Assembly: GCF_001194135.2 (NCBI RefSeq)
Contig: NC_069007.1
Location: 394,308 to 430,247 of the forward strand
From: Octopus bimaculoides
Lineage: Eukaryota
Length of the DNA: 35,940 nt
Direction of reading: 5' to 3'
In this document: piece by piece, positions 1 to 12,521 of the stretch
How positions within the stretch are numbered: the first letter of the stretch is position 1
Layout: the number at the start of each line of letters is the position of its first letter
The notes under the pieces: model-generated
Told to the model about the DNA's origin: nothing
The model's database searches: none
Seen by the model: the letters and a program-made list of their open reading frames with translations, nothing else
Translations under genes and position numbers: made by a program

Positions 1-905
1 ATATATATATATATATATATAGGATGCATGCATATATGCATATGTATGGATGTGTATGTATACATACATGTAGACACACCTGTATTTTTCTAATACGTAT
101 GTTGTATTTGTATTCTTTATGAACGTGTATATATTTGTGATATAACGCGGGCACACAGACGTTTCCACAATCCTACACTTGTTGTGCTTGTGTTTGTGGT
201 TCTGCGTACGTTCAAACTTCTTGAGGGCCAGTGGTTTTTGTTAGCCCCATATCTTATCTTTTCAGTAAAGGTACATCAAACAAATAAATGCCAAACTTAA
301 GATAGGAATCGATTTAACTAACTCAACGTTTAGATATGGGGCTATAGAATGGCCGCAATTCAGTGATTGATATCAGTAAAATAGTAGAAGGATAATTCAT
401 TGAGATTTCCATCTTCCGTCACTCATTAACCAAGTATATGTATTAGATAGAGATAGATAGATAGATAGAGAGAGAGAGAGGGGGGGGGAGAAACAAGGGA
501 GACGAGGGAGAGTTACATAGAGTGTTGGGCAAAAAACATTAGAATATTGAAAAAATAAAAAAATCTAAGGAAAATAACCCCTTGGGCCTTCTGCGTGGAT
601 TTAGATAAATCTGATGAGGCTTCAATGCAGTGAATGAAATACGTCAAACAATAGTAAAGTAATAACAATTTGCTATTTAATTGGAGAAAGAAGACAAAAA
701 CCTTGCAGAAATCGCAACAGGGATAAATATTAGTATATATATATATATAATTATGTGCATTTCTTCTATCTTAATCAATAAAAAATCTTCTAATAGAATA
801 AATGGGTTAATAGAAACCAATGTAGCAAAGAACACGCAATAACTGTGGTTTAGTTCCTGTTTTTAAGGCAGGAACTCCTTGAAATTTTGGTTATTTGAGT
901 ATATT

Positions 906-1247
906 TAAGAATTTAAGGATTGGAGAAAACGCATGTTATAATTGCATACTTTATTCCTACATATGTTTCAAAGGATTACAACCTGTGTGCTCCATAGGGA
1001 TCTTTGATATTAAAATTGTAACCTTCTCATCAGGGAAAGCATGGGAATCATCTTAAACGTAAGACATTATGACCGATAATCGGTCATGTCTTACGTTTAA
1101 GATGATTCCCATGCATTCCCTGAAGAGAAGGTTACAATTTTAATATCAAAGATCCCTATGGAGCACACAGGTTGTAATCCTTTGAAACATATGTAGGAAT
1201 AAAGTATGCAATTATAACATGCGTTTTCTCCAATCCTTAAATTCTTA
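906..1247. repeat. Long near-perfect inverted repeat (palindrome): arms 906-1077 and 1079-1247, 1-nt spacer
   Basis: The reverse complement of 1079-1247 matches 906-1077 base by base, except two mismatches (1029/1124 and 1038/1115) and a 3-nt extra segment (about 1068-1070) in the left arm. Centre reads GACCGAT-A-ATCGGTC. Confidence 0.97.
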
Positions 1248-1249
1248 TT

Positions 1250-1263
<14 letters not shown>

Positions 1264-1314
<51 letters not shown>
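1264..1314. repeat. (TG)n microsatellite
   Basis: Direct reading of the sequence. Confidence 0.95.
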
Positions 1315-1316
<2 letters not shown>

Positions 1317-2390
1317 CTGTATATATGTGTGTGCATATATGATTGTAGGAGAAATCATAAATATATATGATCGTATAAATACTAACATATATTTATATCA
1401 AGAAACACTTATACACTATATATATTTATGAATGTATATATGTAGATATACACACGTGTATGTACTATATATATATATATACGCATACACGTATTCCCAT
1501 GCAAGTGTATACACACGTGTTGATATCCGTTCACACAGTTACACGCATGTATCTTGTAATACAGATTACAATTTTAAAGGGAATTATATGGAAAGCGATA
1601 CAAACATTTAAATTGATTTCCAGTTGAGACATTATAAATAGCCGTGTATCAAGTCATTAAGTCTTTTGCTTGAATAGCTAAGCCAGGCGAGGCTACCAAT
1701 CATGTTTTCTGAATCTCTCGACAGTCTCCTTCTGGATGTCACAATCACATTGTTTAATTTATTACCATGTTCAGTTAGTATTTCGAAGAGACCATCTGCA
1801 CAAAATTAGCTGTAAGATTAAAATGGAATTAGATGCGATTAATTCACCAACTGCAGCATCTCAGACGCAATCGCTGTTGTTTAAATGCTTCTATTGGAAT
1901 GGTTGTTATATTTACTGCAGTTACAGATCCCGTGTTCGTATCCAATCAAAACATTCGTATTCAGACAGCATCAGCATCATTGCGCGAGCGAGCAACGCAT
2001 TCCATCAAAGTGATGCTGGGTTCAAATGTACGAAGCTACCATGACTACCCGTCGGACAAAGGTGCACCAGGCACATACATCACAACCATATGACATTGCA
2101 TATTGAGATGCACAGCGCATGATCTTGCAGATGAGGCTCAGAATTTTCTTCGGGTTGAGTAGCCCATCCTGCTAAAAAATTCCCTGAATAAGGTTTGTGT
2201 TGTATCGCACGTTCGACGTATGATACAACGGGATAATAATAACGTCCTTGCAAATCGTTCTACTCAAGATACCAGTAATAATCCTCGACAACACGCAACC
2301 CCTGGCCTTACACTGCTCTCAAGGCTCTCTGCGTATGTCCACTTATATTGTGGCACGGTCCATTAGGAGCCAACCAATCGGGGTTTTCTA

Positions 2391-2505
2391 CTTCACCCTT
2401 TCGGGGTCGATAAAATAAGTACCGGTTGAACACTGAGGTCGATGTAATCGATTCAACCCCTCCCACAAAATTTCTGCCTTTGTGGCAAAATTTGAAACCA
2501 TTATT
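2391..2505 (+). mobile_element. SINE family A, 5'-truncated (3' half only)
   Basis: TCGGGGTCGATAAAATAAGTACCGGTTGAACACTGAGGTCGATGTAATCGATTCAACCCC...AAAATTTGAAACCA matches the 3' half of the copies at 32442-32662 (+), 6021-6234 (-) and 22087-22298 (-). Followed by an (ATC/ATT)n tail. Confidence 0.85.
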
Positions 2506-2850
2506 GCTATCATCATCATCATCATTATTGTTATTATTATTATTAGTGGCATGAGAAATGGGATGAAAGATGGTTGTCAAGGTAAGCAGGAATAAGTCCC
2601 ACAGCGCAGATAGAAACGAAACAATGTGAGTAGCCCAAGTTGGCTAGTTTGGGGATCTTGGAGAGGAGTACTTGGTTGGGTAGAAAGATGTGGTTGAGAT
2701 GAAGTCGAAAAGAGTGCAACTAGAAAAGATTGATATAAAAGAGATGGCGGCAGGAGGAAAATATTTACGTTTTATACATAAATACATACACACACATAAA
2801 TATAAACATATATGCATAAATCGATAGATAGATGCATATATATATATAGA

Positions 2851-2884
<34 letters not shown>

Positions 2885-3051
2885 TACACACACACACATA
2901 TGCATAACTATGCACATAAACATATGAAATAAATAGATGCATACGCGCCTACACACACGTGTGTATGTATGTCTGTGTACATACATGTGAGTACGGATGG
3001 ATATAACTATGGAAGTATAACTATCTATCTACATACATACGTGCATTGAAA

Positions 3052-3052
<1 letters not shown>

Positions 3053-3098
<46 letters not shown>
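3053..3098. repeat. (TATC)n microsatellite
   Basis: Direct reading of the sequence. Confidence 0.9.
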
Positions 3099-3099
<1 letters not shown>

Positions 3100-3201
3100 C
3101 ACACAGGTATAATACCTACTTAGCACATACATCATATTTGTCAGGCCATAATTCCTTTCAAGACTTAAAGAAAAGCATGTTATTCATTTGATTGTAAATA
3201 T

Positions 3202-3203
<2 letters not shown>

Positions 3204-3256
<53 letters not shown>
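3204..3256. repeat. (CA)n microsatellite
   Basis: Direct reading of the sequence. Confidence 0.95.
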
Positions 3257-3259
<3 letters not shown>

Positions 3260-3464
3260 GGAGACACACGACGCAGGCGTACACATGCACCACACCCCCC
3301 TATTGCTATGTGTGTATATATATATTCATGTATATATGTATAGATAGATATACACATATAGATATATAATAAATATATGTTATATATATATAAATACGCA
3401 TATATATATACGGAAATATATATAGGTGTATATATGAATAGATATATATGCATACACACATAGA

Positions 3465-3501
<37 letters not shown>

Positions 3502-4506
3502 CAAACACACACACACACACATATATATAATCGTACATTTCATTCTTCTCCAGAATGAAAATTTTAGTGAAAGGCATTTTATATGGAATTCAACTTCGAA
3601 TCCACCAAAAGCTAACGGGGAATAAAATAAATAAATAAAAAAGAATAAAAAAAAAAAACAATATATGGAAAAGTTCTGGAAACTTCCATTACGAATACTT
3701 ACGGAAAGTACGGACCTAAGTTAAAATGTAAATGGGTTTTAACTGTTGACAATAAGATTCGGAGTGAGAATAAGTCAATTTGATAAAATGTATTGAATTT
3801 ATACACGCATACATGCATATATATATATATAAATTTTTGTGCATATATATATATATATATGCGTGTATTGCATACATATAAATATGTATGTGTACATACA
3901 TACATACGTATATTAATATCTGAATAAATGCAAGTGTGTGAATATATATATATATATATATATGTAAATATATACACATAAACATGTGTGTGTGTGTGTT
4001 GCGGTTCTATATTTGTATGAATAGATCAGTGGATGTCTGTGTGCATGTGTGTCGCTGTGGTTCTTTCCATATATCTATGTGCAAATGTATGTATGTTGCA
4101 ATTTTGTATGTGTTTACGACACTCCTTTGTATTTATGTATAATTGTGTGTACATGTGTACTTATATTTAATGACATATGTGTGTATATATATATATATGT
4201 ATGTCTCCCCCTCTCATTTTATATCTAAGCATGAGTGTGTGCGCGCGTTGGCACACGCTGCAAGATATAACTGTGTGCTATACAAGTTTAGTTTGAAGCC
4301 AGAGGATTTGCGTTCGATTCTGCTGCGCAGAACCTTTTGCAAGCGTCTTTTGATGTCGCATGATATCTAGTTTATGAAAATTTGTAGATAATTGCCTCCT
4401 ATACCCATGTACACACACACACACATTATATATATATATATATATATATATACACGCATGCATATAACTGTGTGCGTGTTTGTGTGCGTGCATTTAACTA
4501 AACCGA

Positions 4507-4745
4507 CATAGCTGTATAGTAAAGAAGTTGTCTTCCCAGCTACATGGATTCGTGTTCAATCCAACCTCATGTCAACATGAAAAAGGACAAGGGCCTTCTA
4601 TAATCGTTTTGAGTGAATTTGGTAGGCGGAGACAGTGTAGAAACTCAGTGTATGTGTGCGCGAATGTGTCTTTGCGTTTGTGCCACTCCCATTGCGCTTG
4701 ATAACCGCTATTTGTCTTTTTACGCTTCCGTAAACCCGAGATGTT
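4507..4745 (+). mobile_element. Degenerate SINE family B copy
   Basis: Patchy similarity to family B head and body: GCTGTATAGTAAAGAAGTTGTCTTCCCAGCTACATGGATTCGTGTTCAATCC, GTGAATTTGGTAGGCGGAGAC and CGCTTGATAACCG, compared with copies at 7344-7742 and 30427-30785. Confidence 0.5.
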
Positions 4746-5104
4746 GTTCTTCTAATTTTGTAGCCAAGTTATACATTACACGTCTTAACAGTAATACACA
4801 GAGACAGAAAATTTGCACAATCACATCATTACACAAACATGTCGACCCAAAACTGTTGCACAGGATAATAAACCTGATTCATAGCTGTTAAGTAATAACT
4901 TCTCCAAGACTAACCAATTTTGGCCATCGTGGAACTTTTTCTCGTTCTCTTCTGTCTGTCTGTCTCCCCCCTCTCTCTCTGCTAACTTTTCTTCCACTCC
5001 TCTTCTCGCTCCACCCTTTCCTCTCGCAACTTCTCTCTCTCTCTCTCTGTCTCTCTCTCTCACACACACGCACATACATCTGTATGCGTGTGTCATTGTA
5101 TAGT

Positions 5105-5264
5105 TTTGTCCCCGGCACCTGCCAAAAGGTGTCGGTTTATTTACGTAGGTTAGCGGTTCAGCACAAGAAGCGATAGAAGTACTAGATGGCAATTCGTTCG
5201 ATTAAAATTTCGACAAGGCGGTACACAAGCATGGCTGTAGCCCAGTGAACGAAACAAGTAAAAG
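5105..5264 (+). mobile_element. Degenerate SINE family B, 3' part
   Basis: TTAGCGGTTCAGCACAAGAAGCGATAGAAGTACTAG...AAGGCGGTACACAAGCATGGCTGTAG...GAAACAAGTAAAAG resembles the 3' end of family B copies. Confidence 0.55.
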
Positions 5265-5281
5265 GCATATATGCGTGTATG

Positions 5282-5312
<31 letters not shown>

Positions 5313-6020
5313 GTATATACACACACACACATATATATATGCATGTATATACACATACATAGATACATATGCGTATGTATACATACGTACAATTGCACAC
5401 ACACACACAAACGTACCCATTTATATTTTTAAATCTTCGCAAATAAATGGAAGACGATATTTTAAGTGAGTTTTGAAGACAATGTCGTCGAAGTTCCATT
5501 AAGAACATTTAAATGAAACAGCTTCGGCGAAACCAAGGATTCGATTTCGTCGTTTCCGATAACAATCGTAATGGAGTGTTAAGACGAGGTATACAATTGC
5601 GTAATACCATTAACACAGATGATTTCAGGTATGCCATTTCTTATCGGTTATGTCACACCGTGAGAACTCATTGTTGTCCTAATCTGTACCAGTTAGAGAG
5701 ACACACCCAATACGTAATCGAAAAGGGGTTTTCGATTGATATCGTTCAATCGATCTATCTGTATTCTGATCATAGCCAACACAAGTGTATCGATACTCGA
5801 ACTCATAGACACACAGAAACAAAGAAATACATTCCCACTTACATATACATTCCAAGGCTTTATGCACTTGCTTTGATATACGCAGCCACACGCGTACGGA
5901 AGTTACTTTTTAAAGGAAGTCTGATCAAAAGGAAAACTAAAAAGACATTTACACACGCACTCATACGCACAAAAGAACAGAAACACACCCCAAGGGTTCT
6001 TACGTTAAACTCTTCATATT

Positions 6021-6234
6021 TTTTTCTACTCTAGGCAGAAGGCTCGAAATTTTGGGGAAGGGGCCCAGTCGATTAGATCGACCCCAGTACGCTACTAGTA
6101 CTTAATTTATCGACCACGAAAGGATGAAAGGCAAAGTCAACCGCGGAGCAATTTGAACTCAGAACGTAAAGACAGACGAAATAACGCTAAGCATTTCACC
6201 CGGTGTGGTAAAGTTTCTGCCAGCTCACCACATT
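6021..6234 (-). mobile_element. Full-length tRNA-derived SINE, family A, with 17-bp target-site duplication
   Basis: Minus strand carries A-box-like TGGCAGAAAC and B-box-like GAGTTCAAATT. Body matches other family A copies. Flanked by the identical direct repeat GTTAAACTCTTCATATT at 6004-6020 and 6235-6251. Confidence 0.92.
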
Positions 6235-6304
6235 GTTAAACTCTTCATATTAACGTGAGCGACACTTTTAGGCAATGTTAGAACAACGCTGTGTGTGACT
6301 CTCT

Positions 6305-6308
<4 letters not shown>

Positions 6309-6353
<45 letters not shown>

Positions 6354-6362
6354 TGTGTGTGT
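6309..6362. repeat. (TG)n microsatellite
   Basis: Direct reading of the sequence. Confidence 0.95.
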
Positions 6363-7343
6363 ATACATGTATGTGTAAATTTTAATAAGAGAATATATAT
6401 TAAACAGGCTTCATTGCAAATCCCTACAATTGTTTCAACACAATTATCTGCTCTAATTTACTGAATTTGCATAAAGTATGCGCAATATTGCATTAATATG
6501 ATTCAACAATAGCTGTATACATGTCTGTGTGTTTTGTTTGTGTGTGTATATATATATGTATACACACATATGTATATATGTATGTACACACACACACATA
6601 TATATTTATATGCTTCTCTCTCTCACTCACTATTATTCGTCCTCTCTCTGTCAATACCTTCTCTTTCTGTTACATGTTGTTACTGTTTTTGTTGAATCAA
6701 ATTTGTTGAAAAAAAGAGTCGCAATAATTATGCACCAACCCAATATCATGTAGAGAACATAGATTCTGTAAAGAACCAGGTGATTTTATGATTGTTAATA
6801 ATATCATCTTTTAAGGTCCAATTGCATGAGAGAAGAGAAGTCTTTCTTTGTCTACAAATATTATTCTTACGATGCGAGAAGAGTATTTTAAATTGTTTGT
6901 CAGCAAGCCCTCTCTAACATTTCCATTACTGCTTGCAAGAGAGGCCCTAGATGAATGAAATGACATTTTACAGTTATTGAAGGAGGCATTGTATTCATAA
7001 CAATGCTGAAGACACGAAAACAACACAAAATTTTTCTATGTGAATAGATGAATATAACATGGTTTTAAGTATAACAAATGAAGGGATGAATGTGTGACAG
7101 ATTTTCATATCTTGATGATTAATAAAATGCTATTTCGTTCTGTTTACTTTTATGCTTGCTATATATTGTCATATTGCTTCCTTCCAATCGTGTGAATGAT
7201 ATCGAGATTCCATATATATGTACACAGAAAGAGAACCATCCTGCACATATCTGTCTGTCTGTCTTTATATATATCTGTCTGTCTGTCTGTCTGTCTTTAT
7301 ATATATCTGTCTGTCTATAACAATTTGATGTCTAAATATCTGT

Positions 7344-7742
7344 TACTCTTTTACTCTTTTACTTGTTTCAGTCATTTGACTGCGGCCATGCTGGAGCACC
7401 GCCTTTAGTCGAGCAAAAAGACCCCAGGACTTATTCTTTGGAAGCCTAGTACTTATTCTATCGGTCTCTTTTGCAGAACCGCTAAGCTACGGGGACGTAA
7501 ACACACCCGCATCGGTTGACAAGCGATGTTGGGGGTGACAAACACAGACACACAAACATATATATATATACATATATACGACGGGCTTCTTTCAGTTTCC
7601 GTCTACCAAATCCACTCACAAGGCTTTGGTCGGCCCGAGACTATAGTAGAAGACACTTGCCCAAGGTGCCACGCAGTGGGACTGAACCCGGAACCATGTG
7701 GTTGGTAGGTAAGCTACTTACCACACAGCCACTCCTGCGCCT
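7344..7742 (-). mobile_element. Full-length tRNA-derived SINE, family B
   Basis: Minus-strand head AGGCGCAGGAGTGGCTGTGTGGTAAG...GGTTCCGGGTTCAGTCCC (A and B boxes), an internal (TA/CA) microsatellite and a GTAAAAGA-repeat tail. Colinear with copies at 30427-30785 and 30807-31160. Confidence 0.92.
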
Positions 7743-7889
7743 GTTGTTTAAATGATGACAATGTTTTATCGATTGCTCGGTTACAGAACATTCATCTCCC
7801 TCCGATAATGTTTCCAGAAGATGTAATCGTTGCCTCGCGGAGAAACATTGCATTTCACGGCGTCCTTTTGCCACGTTCAACGCAAAACC

Positions 7890-7906
7890 AAAATAATAAC
7901 AACAAC

Positions 7907-7947
<41 letters not shown>

Positions 7948-7990
7948 CAACAACACTAATAATAGCAACAATAATAATGATAACAATAAT
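7890..7990. repeat. (AAT/AAC)n trinucleotide repeat
   Basis: Direct reading. Explains the poly-N/I/T ORFs at 7808-8057. Confidence 0.9.
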
Positions 7991-8404
7991 GATTTGCTTG
8001 TTTAGATTTGTTTCCCAATTTTCTGTTCACCTTGATATTCTATCTCTGATCTTTTAGTCGTGACTGGCAGCCCCTAGAAATGGTATCGTGATAAAAAAAA
8101 AAATGTGGCGTTTTTGTCACCTTAAAACCTCGTCCATCTTTATGAGTCCTGTATCCCTGAATCTTTAAGTGAAGGTTTCTGACACAGCTAGTGTTCCACC
8201 GAAGGCCAGGATGAACCTGATCATTATTCAACTACTGCCGTTAGGATTAGGGGGTGAATTTAAAATGACAAATAGATTTGTTATGGAATGAAACTACACG
8301 AGCGAATCTGTCAAAACAGGATTCAGAAAAAAGAAAGAAAATACATGAAATACAAATAGAGAGTGACACGTTCCTTGTCACAGGACAATGACTGCTTGAT
8401 TAGA

Positions 8405-9060
8405 ACAAAAAATAGAGATCAAATTATGGGGAGATAAAGGCTATCCCTGATGGAGATGGAAGGGATCTTCAGAAGTGAATGATGAAGGACAAAGCTAAAT
8501 GGAAGAGGAAATAGAAGGAAGAGGATGAGGGGAAGAAGGAGAAAAGGAAAAAGAAGATATGATGATGAAGAAAAAGAAGTCAATGAATCATTAGAAGGAA
8601 AGAAATAGTAGGAAGGATGATAAGAATGCATGAAGGGAAGGACTATTAGAGAGGAAGAAAGGGTTAAGGGTTGAAGACAGAACGAGATTGTCATGGAAAG
8701 GGTAAACCTGCGCAAAACAGTAAAGAGAATGGATGAGCTATTAACGAAATGAATGGGGGAAATATAATAGATATAAATGTAGTTATAGTGCGAAAGGTAC
8801 GTTTCTCTAGAAACTCTTAGGGTCTAAAGTGAAGCGAAACAGTAGAGAAAGACCCACGATGGAAATCTAAGAAGGAGTTGAACAGCTGAATGAAGATCTT
8901 GGAAGGAAAGGTAGTGAAACTGAAAATAAGACGATGAAGGAAAAACAGAAATGAGCTGCAAGGAAAGAACAAGATGAGACACAGAGGATTAAAGGTAGTT
9001 AAAGAGAAGACGAGGTCAAGAATCAAGACGACATCAGGTAAAAAAAAAAAAGACACAAAA
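8405..9060. repeat. Purine-rich (GA-rich) low-complexity tract
   Basis: Strong A/G bias on the + strand. Produces the F/S/L-rich spurious minus-strand ORFs. Confidence 0.7.
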
Positions 9061-9900
9061 AATATATACAGTAGATACTGACAAAGAATAAACCAAAATC
9101 AGCAGAATAGGTTGGCCAGAATCAATGATTGTTAAATTTACCAACGGCGAAATAATGAAGAGAAACATCTGGGGAATGTTGTTCCAAATACTGAAACAGG
9201 AAGGAACTTTTGGTGAGATATTTGGTGTAAAGAGGTTTCATATAAACGGGCAGGTGGATTGGTTATGGAAATTGAAAATAGAAATGCGAAAAGATTTAAA
9301 AAAAGGAAATATAAACATTACAGAAGGGCAAATGAAAAAAAATACTAAAAAAAACTAAAAACCCAAATAGAAAACCCCTGGATCTGATGATAGAATAACA
9401 CAAGAGTACGAAAGAAAGCAACTAAAAGGGATCATACAAATCGGACGCCATGTTGATAGCAGTATCGTGAAGTCTACGTTGAGGTATTACTACATTTAAA
9501 TTTCGATCTCTTTAAAGACTAACGGCAAAAAAACCCCCAAAAAACCAAATGCTTGTCAAGTCGTAATAAATAAATAAATAGATAAAATGAGGCAACGAAA
9601 CAAGCGTAACATATATGCAAGACGAATATATAAAAAGGAACCAAACAAGACATTAAATGAGGAGATCATCGAATCACAGAAACAAATTCTGCAGACAAGC
9701 GATATATGTAGGAGAATGACATTGATATCTATCTACCTATCTATACATACATACATATATGGAAATGTATATGGAGATATATATATATACACACACAAAC
9801 ATACGTACTTACACATGGAGTGTTTCATTTGGGGAAGCAGGCAAGACAACAAGTAAGTCTATATGTACATATACATGTATACAAACATTTGTGCACACAG

Positions 9901-9950
<50 letters not shown>

Positions 9951-10314
9951 TTATTTATTTATATATATATATATATGGGTGCGCCTGTACGCACTCACAA
10001 ACGGACTGATTGATTGCTGACACAAGAGCTGCTTCTTTGATTTGAAATATTCTCTCGGTTTGTCAGATATGTCATTACAAGTGGTGATTATGATAAATTT
10101 CAACATCATCATCATCATCATCATCTTCGTCTCCACCCCACCCCCGGTACAACCACCACCGCCACCACCACCACAATCACTCAATAACAACTGGCATGCA
10201 CGAAACTGAAGACCCTTCAGTTCTTGTGTACCCCAAGAGTTAAATAAAAAAAACAAACTTTCTCTTCACCTCACACACACACATGCACACAAACACACAC
10301 ATATATAAATTCTT

Positions 10315-10347
<33 letters not shown>

Positions 10348-10737
10348 TCTTCTTTAAGAATCTTCTGGAGTTATAAATAATCTCTCATCATCTTTCAAAC
10401 CAAAAAAACCTGCCTTACAAGTGGAAAGAAACAAGCATAGGAATCGAACTGTCGATCAGCGGATGTCCCGATCATCACCACACGAAGGGAACTTTCAACT
10501 GTTCCGAAGAAAAGCTTCATAGAGACAAGAGAGACGCGGAAATAGTTAAATAGTTTATTTCTGCTCGTTAAAACCATCGGAAATTTTTTTAAAGAAAATT
10601 TTGGGGTGTTATTAATTAATATTTATATCTTCCTTTATATTTGAAGATCTTCTAACACACATATTTACATAGACACATGCACCAATACAAGCACTAACAT
10701 ACACAGCACACGCACACACACACACACACATATATAT

Positions 10738-10790
10738 ACCGCTAAGCATTTCGCTCGGCGTGCTAACGTTTCTGCCAGCTCACCGCCTTA
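10738..10790 (-). mobile_element. SINE family A, 5' head fragment
   Basis: ACCGCTAAGCATTTCGCTCGGCGTGCTAACGTTTCTGCCAGCTCACCGCC matches the heads at 6185-6231 and 22248-22295. Confidence 0.85.
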
Positions 10791-10841
10791 AAGATGGGTT
10801 ATATATTCATTATTGCTTAGTTCCAGCTCATGCAATCCAGC

Positions 10842-10877
10842 AAACCTCTGATCAAAGACGCCCTGGCCATGCCAACC
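10842..10877 (+). repeat. Short dispersed repeat fragment (also at 16511-16543), probably a retroposon 3' segment
   Basis: AAACCTCTGATCAAAGACGCCCTGGCCATGCCA versus AGACCTGTGATCAAAGGCATTCCGGCCATGACA. Confidence 0.45.
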
Positions 10878-11531
10878 GGCTTAATATTCTAAATAACTAT
10901 AACTACAATTACTGATATATCTCTAAAACTCTCGCCAGAGATATGAGGAAGACTCGGCAAATATTTCCAGCATAAAAATGAAACTTGTAAAAGGGTCGTA
11001 TACAGACGAAACAGTTAGAAATAGATAAAAAGAAGTAACTTTGTTTTTCAATAACATGCATTAAATATTCAAAGTTCGAACTGTTTTGCCCAGTAACTTT
11101 GTCTGGCATCGTTCGTTAGTTGCAACGGTGGTCTTCGTTTAATATTCCACGGTTACGACACAAAGATGGCGACATTTTGAATAAAGTAGAAATTCATGTA
11201 AGTAAAATTGTCTTTTGTCCAAACTGCTTTGAAATTTTGGTTTAAGTGGAATTTTGTTTTTCATTGTGTGTTTATGGTGTTCCGTGTAGAATTTGTGTGT
11301 GTTTATGTGTGTGTGTATGTATGCAGGCATATGTGTGTATGGGTGGGTCTGTATGTACGCATATAAGTAACTGCGCATGCGTCTGAGACTCAGTGTGTAA
11401 CGGGGTATGACTATGCATGTGAATATATACGTTTATATTCTCCCCCACAAAACTACTGGGTTTTATGTGCATGTGTGTGCGCATGTGTGTATATTTAGAT
11501 ATACACACATATGTATAATATATGTTATATA

Positions 11532-11571
<40 letters not shown>

Positions 11572-12036
11572 TTATTTGTAAAAGTGCATAAACATAAGTA
11601 TGGATATGCCTGGTCAATATTCAAATTGCTGAGCATGTGTTAATGCAGCGATTCATATACAACTGCACACACATATACACTTGCATACAAACACACATAA
11701 GAACTTACCTATACATACACACACAATTATTCTGCGTGTGTTTAAGATAGACAGAGCGAGCATTAGACATAGAAGACTTCTATTTACACACAATATTCAT
11801 GTTCCTTGTACATCGCAATTTTAAAAACATTATATAAACAGGCGCACGTCCACACGCACACTGACGCATATGTGTGTGAATGTATATAATATATAAATAT
11901 ATGTGTGTGAGTGTGTATACATATATACATGTTTGTGGGAGGGATGCTTGTGCGCATGTCTTAGTGTAAAAGTGTGCGTGTCCGCCTGTATATGTATGTA
12001 TGTATGTATGTATGTATATGTATATATATATATATA

Positions 12037-12197
12037 NNNNNNNNNNNNNNNNNNNNNNNNNNNNNNNNNNNNNNNNNNNNNNNNNNNNNNNNNNNNNNNN
12101 NNNNNNNNNNNNNNNNNNNNNNNNNNNNNNNNNNNNNNNNNNNNNNNNNNNNNNNNNNNNNNNNNNNNNNNNNNNNNNNNNNNNNNNNNNNNNNNNN
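12037..12197. other. Assembly gap (N run)
   Basis: 161 N. Confidence 1.
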
Positions 12198-12458
12198 ATG
12201 TAAATTCACATTCGAAGAAGACAGTTCTTTATATAAAACAAACAGTTTTTTTTTCCTTAGAAACAAGCAACTTTTTCCAGCTGTGGAATTATGTATGAAG
12301 ACAAAAACAAGCCATAAAGATGGTTAAGTTCCTGAAAGAAGTTATTACTGTCAAGAGTTTTTATCACTTTTTCTATTCCAAACAACGGAAATGGCTTTTG
12401 GAAGAAAGAATACGATAATCTAAGAGTTTGTTGCTTTTGTTGTTGTGGTTTTTCCATG

Positions 12459-12459
12459 T

Positions 12460-12520
<61 letters not shown>
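12459..12520. repeat. (GA)n microsatellite
   Basis: Direct reading of the sequence. Confidence 0.93.

Positions 12521-12521
<1 letters not shown>

Noticed and set aside
611-645. CTGATGA...GAAATACGTC hammerhead-like spacing
   Set aside because: Stem I cannot form and stem II does not close next to the core.
1097-1431. ORFs overlapping the palindrome
   Set aside because: They run into (TG)n/(TA)n repeats and show no protein-like features.
1630-2093. ORFs 1736-2044 and 1833-2093, and a possible minus-strand exon near 1793
   Set aside because: No recognisable motifs. The better upstream acceptor gives stops in all three frames, and the resemblance to Helitron helicase motifs was too vague.
9384-9413. 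CTGATGA...GAAA hammerhead-like spacing
   Set aside because: The intervening sequence cannot form stem II.
10440-10552. Frame GIELSISGCPDHHHTKGTFNCSEEKLHRDKRDAEIVK with a dibasic KR site
   Set aside because: No convincing acceptor site, signal peptide or homology; too short to support a neuropeptide-precursor exon.
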